A DNA stretch of 64,000 nt from the NCBI GenBank assembly GCA_028287465.1, contig JAQBPO010000003.1, forward strand, positions 12,912-76,911, given 5' to 3'. Origin of the DNA: Fibrobacterota bacterium (GTDB taxonomy: Bacteria > Fibrobacterota > Fibrobacteria > UBA11236). Positions 60,735 through 64,000 of this stretch are shown one piece after another. A program made the position numbers and the translations under genes. Every line of letters begins with the position of its first letter. Positions within the stretch are counted from its first letter, which is position 1. The notes below the pieces were generated by a model. That model was not told the DNA's origin. It made no database searches and worked only from the letters and a program-made list of their open reading frames with translations.

Positions 60735-61684
60735 AGGTCCCTCCAATACAAATTGAGCTTAAGGGAAACGAACCAGCCGGTGAAGTCGCCGTTGACGAGA
60801 TGGTACCGCGAGCCGGGCTCATGGTCGGCCTTGGCCTTGGCTTCGGCTTCCGTGCCCACGTAGATCTTGTCGTCGGCGGGATTGGAGCTCACCGAATGGA
60901 AATACATGTGCGCGCCGTTCTTCGCGTCGGGGAATACGCTGCTGAAGATGGCGGAGGAATCCTTTTGGTTGCGGAGGGTGAGGTCCTGCACGTCGGAAAA
61001 GCGCCAGCCGCTGCGCCATGCGATGCCGACCCATTTCCAGGGGAGGTATTCGACGTCGACGAAGGCCTTCTGAACCAGGTTGACTCCGGGCCAGATCTGG
61101 AAATCGATGCTGTCGTTGGGCTTGGCCCCGGTACCGAAATAATCCGCTTTCAGGCCGATATGGGCGGAACCGGCCAGGACGCCTATGCCGTATCCGCCGC
61201 CCACACGCAACCGCTTGAAGTATTCGCGGTGGTATGCGGCCTGCAGGGTGATGGGAAGGAAGTTGAAGGTTTCCTCGGCCTGGATGCATCCGAAGAGCTT
61301 GGTCGAGGTCCGGGTCGAATCCGGGTGCTGGAGATCCGCGCAGGTGATGCGGTAGTTCCGCTCGGCTTCTTCCAAATCGAAGGGCACTTCGCTTTGACGG
61401 AATGTCTCCACCCAGAATTCGGCTTCAAGGCCGAGCGACCAAGGCCCCTGCTGGACGCCCAGCACGAGTGCGTTCTGGGGATGCCCGTCGAAGGTCTGCA
61501 CATTGTAGGGATTGAAACCCTTTTCCTTGGTGGTCTTCTCCATCAGGGTCAGGACGCGGTTGAAATCCTTGGCATCGTAATGGGTGTAGCCTTCCGAGAG
61601 CGAAAGGAACAGGTCCCACGACCAGGAGGGGGCGAAGCAAAGGAGGAGCGGAAGCGCGAGGCGGCGGATGGAAAGATAAGGCAG
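60731..61684 (-). CDS. outer-membrane beta-barrel-like protein, probably initiated at a CTG codon
   Basis: The track ORF starts at ATG 61543 with no signal peptide. The frame is open upstream to TGA 61745-61747 and encodes a signal-peptide-like ..PYLSIRRLALPLLLCFAPSWS. CTG 61684-61682 lies 6 nt after GGAGGA. The C-terminus ..LKLNLYWRDL follows beta-strand-like alternation. Confidence 0.55.
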   Translation of the reverse strand: MPYLSIRRLALPLLLCFAPSWSWDLFLSLSEGYTHYDAKDFNRVLTLMEKTTKEKGFNPYNVQTFDGHPQNALVLGVQQGPWSLGLEAEFWVETFRQSEVPFDLEEAERNYRITCADLQHPDSTRTSTKLFGCIQAEETFNFLPITLQAAYHREYFKRLRVGGGYGIGVLAGSAHIGLKADYFGTGAKPNDSIDFQIWPGVNLVQKAFVDVEYLPWKWVGIAWRSGWRFSDVQDLTLRNQKDSSAIFSSVFPDAKNGAHMYFHSVSSNPADDKIYVGTEAEAKAKADHEPGSRYHLVNGDFTGWFVSLKLNLYWRDL

Positions 61685-61744
61685 GGTCGGTCCTCCGGGT
61701 GCGACTGCCGCACCCCTGGGACAAATATAACGCCAAGCGGGGCG

Positions 61745-62458
61745 TCAGCGGTTGCGGGGCCAGTGCAGGTAGCGCCTTCCGCCCGTCAAAACCAGCCAGG
61801 CCACGGGAATCAACAGGAAAAGGTCGCGGATCAGGGAAAACCAGGCCTCCCCGGCATCCTGGGCGCCTTCGATGTCGAAACAACCGCAGGCGATGCCCAA
61901 GTCCCTTACCAGGGCCTGCCCCAGGGCCACGATGAACATGACGAGGAGGAGGCCTACCAGGGACCCGAATTCCTTTTCCCACAAGGTGATGACGATCCCG
62001 ATGCCGATGACGATTTCGAATGCGGCCAGCCAAAGGGTGAATCCATTGACGAGGAAGGACGGGAGCAGCTGGTATTGGGCCACCAGGACCGCGAAACCCT
62101 TGGGATCGGAGAACTTGGGCCACGCGGCCGTCAGGAACATCGCGCCTAGCCCGATGCGCAGGACCGTGCGGAGCATGGGGCCGATCGGGGCCTTACGGGT
62201 GCGGTTCAGCAGGAATAGGATGACGGCGATCGCGGCCAGGCCCCCGAGGATCATCCATTGGTGGGCCAGGAACCCTTTCCAGGCCACCTTGAATCCCGCT
62301 TCGATCCCTTGGACGATGCTCATGGAAGGCCAGCCGGACGGCTTTTCCAGGACTTCGGGGGAGCCGATCCAGGCTACCGAGCGGCGATTGAACAGGTTGT
62401 TGACCGCGGCCAGCAACACGCTGGCCAGGAAAGCGCCAATGAAAACGGGTTTTTTCAT
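61745..62458 (-). CDS. MauE/DoxX-family membrane protein
   Basis: Multiple TM helices and the CGCF motif (..DLGIACGCFDIEG..) typical of MauE-like proteins. 237 aa. Confidence 0.7.
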   Translation of the reverse strand: MKKPVFIGAFLASVLLAAVNNLFNRRSVAWIGSPEVLEKPSGWPSMSIVQGIEAGFKVAWKGFLAHQWMILGGLAAIAVILFLLNRTRKAPIGPMLRTVLRIGLGAMFLTAAWPKFSDPKGFAVLVAQYQLLPSFLVNGFTLWLAAFEIVIGIGIVITLWEKEFGSLVGLLLVMFIVALGQALVRDLGIACGCFDIEGAQDAGEAWFSLIRDLFLLIPVAWLVLTGGRRYLHWPRNR

Positions 62459-62520
62459 GGCTCAAAAATACTTACTTCTGGAAGGATGGACCTTCAATTG
62501 CTAATCTTCCTGGACCAACC

Positions 62521-63435
62521 ATGCCATTCATCGACAAGCTGAAATCCGGTATCCCGACCCTTTCCTTCGAGCTGTTCCCCCCGAAGAACATCAATGGCTG
62601 GGCGACGCTTTACACTACCATGGCGGAAATATCCAAGCTGACGCCGGATTACATCTCCGTTACCTATGGTGCGGGCGGTTCCACGCGATCCAAGACCGTT
62701 GACCTGGTCGCGCGCATCCAGGATGAGCTCGGCATCGAGACCATGGCGCACCTGACCTGCGTCGGACATTCCCGGGACGAACTCCGAGATATCCTGCAGA
62801 CCCTGGCCAAGGCCGGGATCCGCAATGTCCTTGCTTTGCGCGGGGATCCGCCCAAGGGCGATTCCTCGTTCAAGCCCCATCCGGACGGATTCGCCCATGC
62901 CTCGGACCTGATCGGCTTCATCAAAGGCGGGTTCGGCCTGCAGATCGGATGCGCCTTCTATCCGGAAAAGCATATGGAAGCCGCGTCCATCGAGTCGGAT
63001 ATCGCCTTCCTCAAGCTCAAGCAGGACCAAGGGGCCCAGTTCACCATCAGCCAGTTGTTCTTCGACAATGCGAATTTCTACCGCTTCCGCGATAAATGCC
63101 ATGCCGCGGGTATCACCATGCCTTTCGTGGCCGGCATCATGCCGGTTCTGAACCTGAACCAGCTGACCCGCTTCAAGGAACTCTCCGGCTGCCTCATCCC
63201 CGAATCCATGGTCGCGTTCCTGTCCGACGGCAAACCCGAGGACGTGGCGCGGCGCGGCGTGGACTTCGCGACCGAACAGTGCCAGGATCTCCTGAAGAAC
63301 GGGATCGCGGGCATCCACCTTTATTCCCTCAACCAATCTCCCTCCTCGGCGCGCATCACGGAAAACCTCCGCGGCCTGGGTCACTTCCCGGTTACTGTGG
63401 AAGCGCCCAAACCGTCCAAATCCGCCAAGCCATAG
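62521..63435 (+). CDS. metF: 5,10-methylenetetrahydrofolate reductase
   Basis: SFELFPPK..YISVTYGAGGSTR..T..HLTCVG....I...L......GI.N.LALRGDPP is typical MetF. 304 aa. Confidence 0.9.
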   Translation: MPFIDKLKSGIPTLSFELFPPKNINGWATLYTTMAEISKLTPDYISVTYGAGGSTRSKTVDLVARIQDELGIETMAHLTCVGHSRDELRDILQTLAKAGIRNVLALRGDPPKGDSSFKPHPDGFAHASDLIGFIKGGFGLQIGCAFYPEKHMEAASIESDIAFLKLKQDQGAQFTISQLFFDNANFYRFRDKCHAAGITMPFVAGIMPVLNLNQLTRFKELSGCLIPESMVAFLSDGKPEDVARRGVDFATEQCQDLLKNGIAGIHLYSLNQSPSSARITENLRGLGHFPVTVEAPKPSKSAKP

Positions 63436-63464
63436 CCGGCCAGGCGGCCCGGATCTCCCAGACC

Positions 63465-64000
63465 ATGTTTTCGGACAAGTTCGCCCGGGAACCGGAAAGG
63501 ATCAATCCGCAATGGGAGGCGAGGCTGGCGCTGGAAGCCTCCGGGGTCCGGGTCCTGGACCTCGCCGGTTCCAATCCCACCACCGTGGGCATCCCGTACC
63601 CGGAAGGCATCCCTTCCCTCCTCGCCAGGCCGGACATCCTGCGTTATCACCCGCATCCAAAGGGTAGCCCCGTAGCGCGACAGGAAATAGCCGATTATTA
63701 CGCTTCCCGCGGACGCGTCGTCGATCCGGAAGACCTTGTCCTGACGGCCAGCACATCGGAAGCCTATTCCCATCTGTTCAAGCTGCTCTGCGACCCGGGA
63801 GATGAAATCCTGATCCCTTCGCCCACCTATCCCCTTTTCGACGCCTTGGCGGAGCTGGAAAACGTGGAACTGGTGCGCTACCCCCTTCGCCTCACGGATC
63901 GATGGCGGGCCGATTTCGGATTCCTTCGAAGCATGGTCTCAACGCGCAGCAAGGCCCTCATCCTGGTCAACCCCAACAATCCGACCGGCCATCTGGCGGA
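63465..64000 (+). CDS. class I/II PLP-dependent aminotransferase, 5' part (runs off the right edge)
   Basis: My own translation from ATG 63465 gives MFSDKFAREPERINPQWEARLALEASGVRVLDLAGSNPT..YHPHPKGSPVARQEIADYY..LILVNPNNPTGHLA. It is not in the ORF track because no stop is reached. Confidence 0.75.
   Translation, partial: MFSDKFAREPERINPQWEARLALEASGVRVLDLAGSNPTTVGIPYPEGIPSLLARPDILRYHPHPKGSPVARQEIADYYASRGRVVDPEDLVLTASTSEAYSHLFKLLCDPGDEILIPSPTYPLFDALAELENVELVRYPLRLTDRWRADFGFLRSMVSTRSKALILVNPNNPTGHLA

Noticed and set aside
1-64000. Search by eye for tRNA, rRNA, tmRNA, CRISPR repeats, transposase/integrase genes, prophage or defence-island hallmarks
   Set aside because: I found none. The intergenic gaps above 150 bp (446-675, 3223-3472, 9077-9510, 19444-19823, 25973-26318, 36586-36898, 46919-47251, 50461-51095) contain no cloverleaf-like GTTCGAATC/T-loop signatures or spaced identical repeats. 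A proper tRNAscan/Infernal run would be needed to be certain.

Overview
GC-rich (roughly 60% by eye), gene-dense bacterial chromosomal window. I count about 52 protein-coding genes on both strands and recognise no rRNA, tRNA, CRISPR array, transposase or integrase. All family calls come from reading motifs in the supplied translations; no searches were run.

Taxonomic hints are T9SS-type C-terminal sorting tails, a TIGR02147/DUF4423-type HTH protein, LL-diaminopimelate aminotransferase and a eukaryote-type HisA. Together they suggest an FCB-superphylum, Fibrobacterota-like organism (inference only). Canonical sigma70-like -35/-10 boxes and at least one textbook intrinsic terminator are visible.

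Layout:
- (i) 1-6.0 kb: tandem, diverged copies of a four-gene cassette. Each copy has a bitopic membrane protein followed by three translationally coupled prepilin-like proteins of PilV/GspI, PilW/GspJ and PilX/GspK type, and each has its own promoter candidate. The last protein of each copy ends in a conserved Cys/His module. The truncated gene at the left edge ends in the same module. No pilus or T2SS motor, platform, secretin or prepilin peptidase lies in the window.
- (ii) 6-15 kb: housekeeping and envelope genes (lipoprotein, alr, a long secreted pentapeptide-repeat protein, aminotransferase, GSCFA protein, mtgA-like transglycosylase, His6-type hisA, rhomboid).
- (iii) 15.3-19.4 kb: two paralogous T9SS-tailed secreted proteins that differ by a ~196-aa insertion.
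- (iv) 19.8-26 kb: pyrB plus the prkA-yeaH-spoVR stress module.
- (v) 26-33.6 kb: dapL, a small OMP, a GT1 glycosyltransferase, a 936-aa GT4-TPR-GT2 fusion, and an rlmI-like gene.
- (vi) 33.6-36.6 kb: a 982-aa secreted protein with ~60 Ser-Ala-Thr heptads and a Kelch propeller.
- (vii) 36.9-42.8 kb: DCC oxidoreductase, DUF2461, speA, and an M1 aminopeptidase lipoprotein.
- (viii) 42.8-47 kb: operon of TIGR02147 HTH protein, 817-aa lipoprotein, orphan receiver and a small protein.
- (ix) 47.3-50.5 kb: operon of three secreted proteins of unknown function.
- (x) 51-64 kb: GH13 amylase, DUF4114 surface protein, redox enzymes, GNAT, a MauE/DoxX-OMP-EEP-HsdR_N operon, metF, and a partial aminotransferase.

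Best candidate for something undescribed: the multi-copy pilin-tip cassette array with its Cys/His tip module. Secondary items are a recurring GCTTACCG repeat or palindrome in three non-coding regions, two genes that seem to need CTG starts, and two operons of unknown function.
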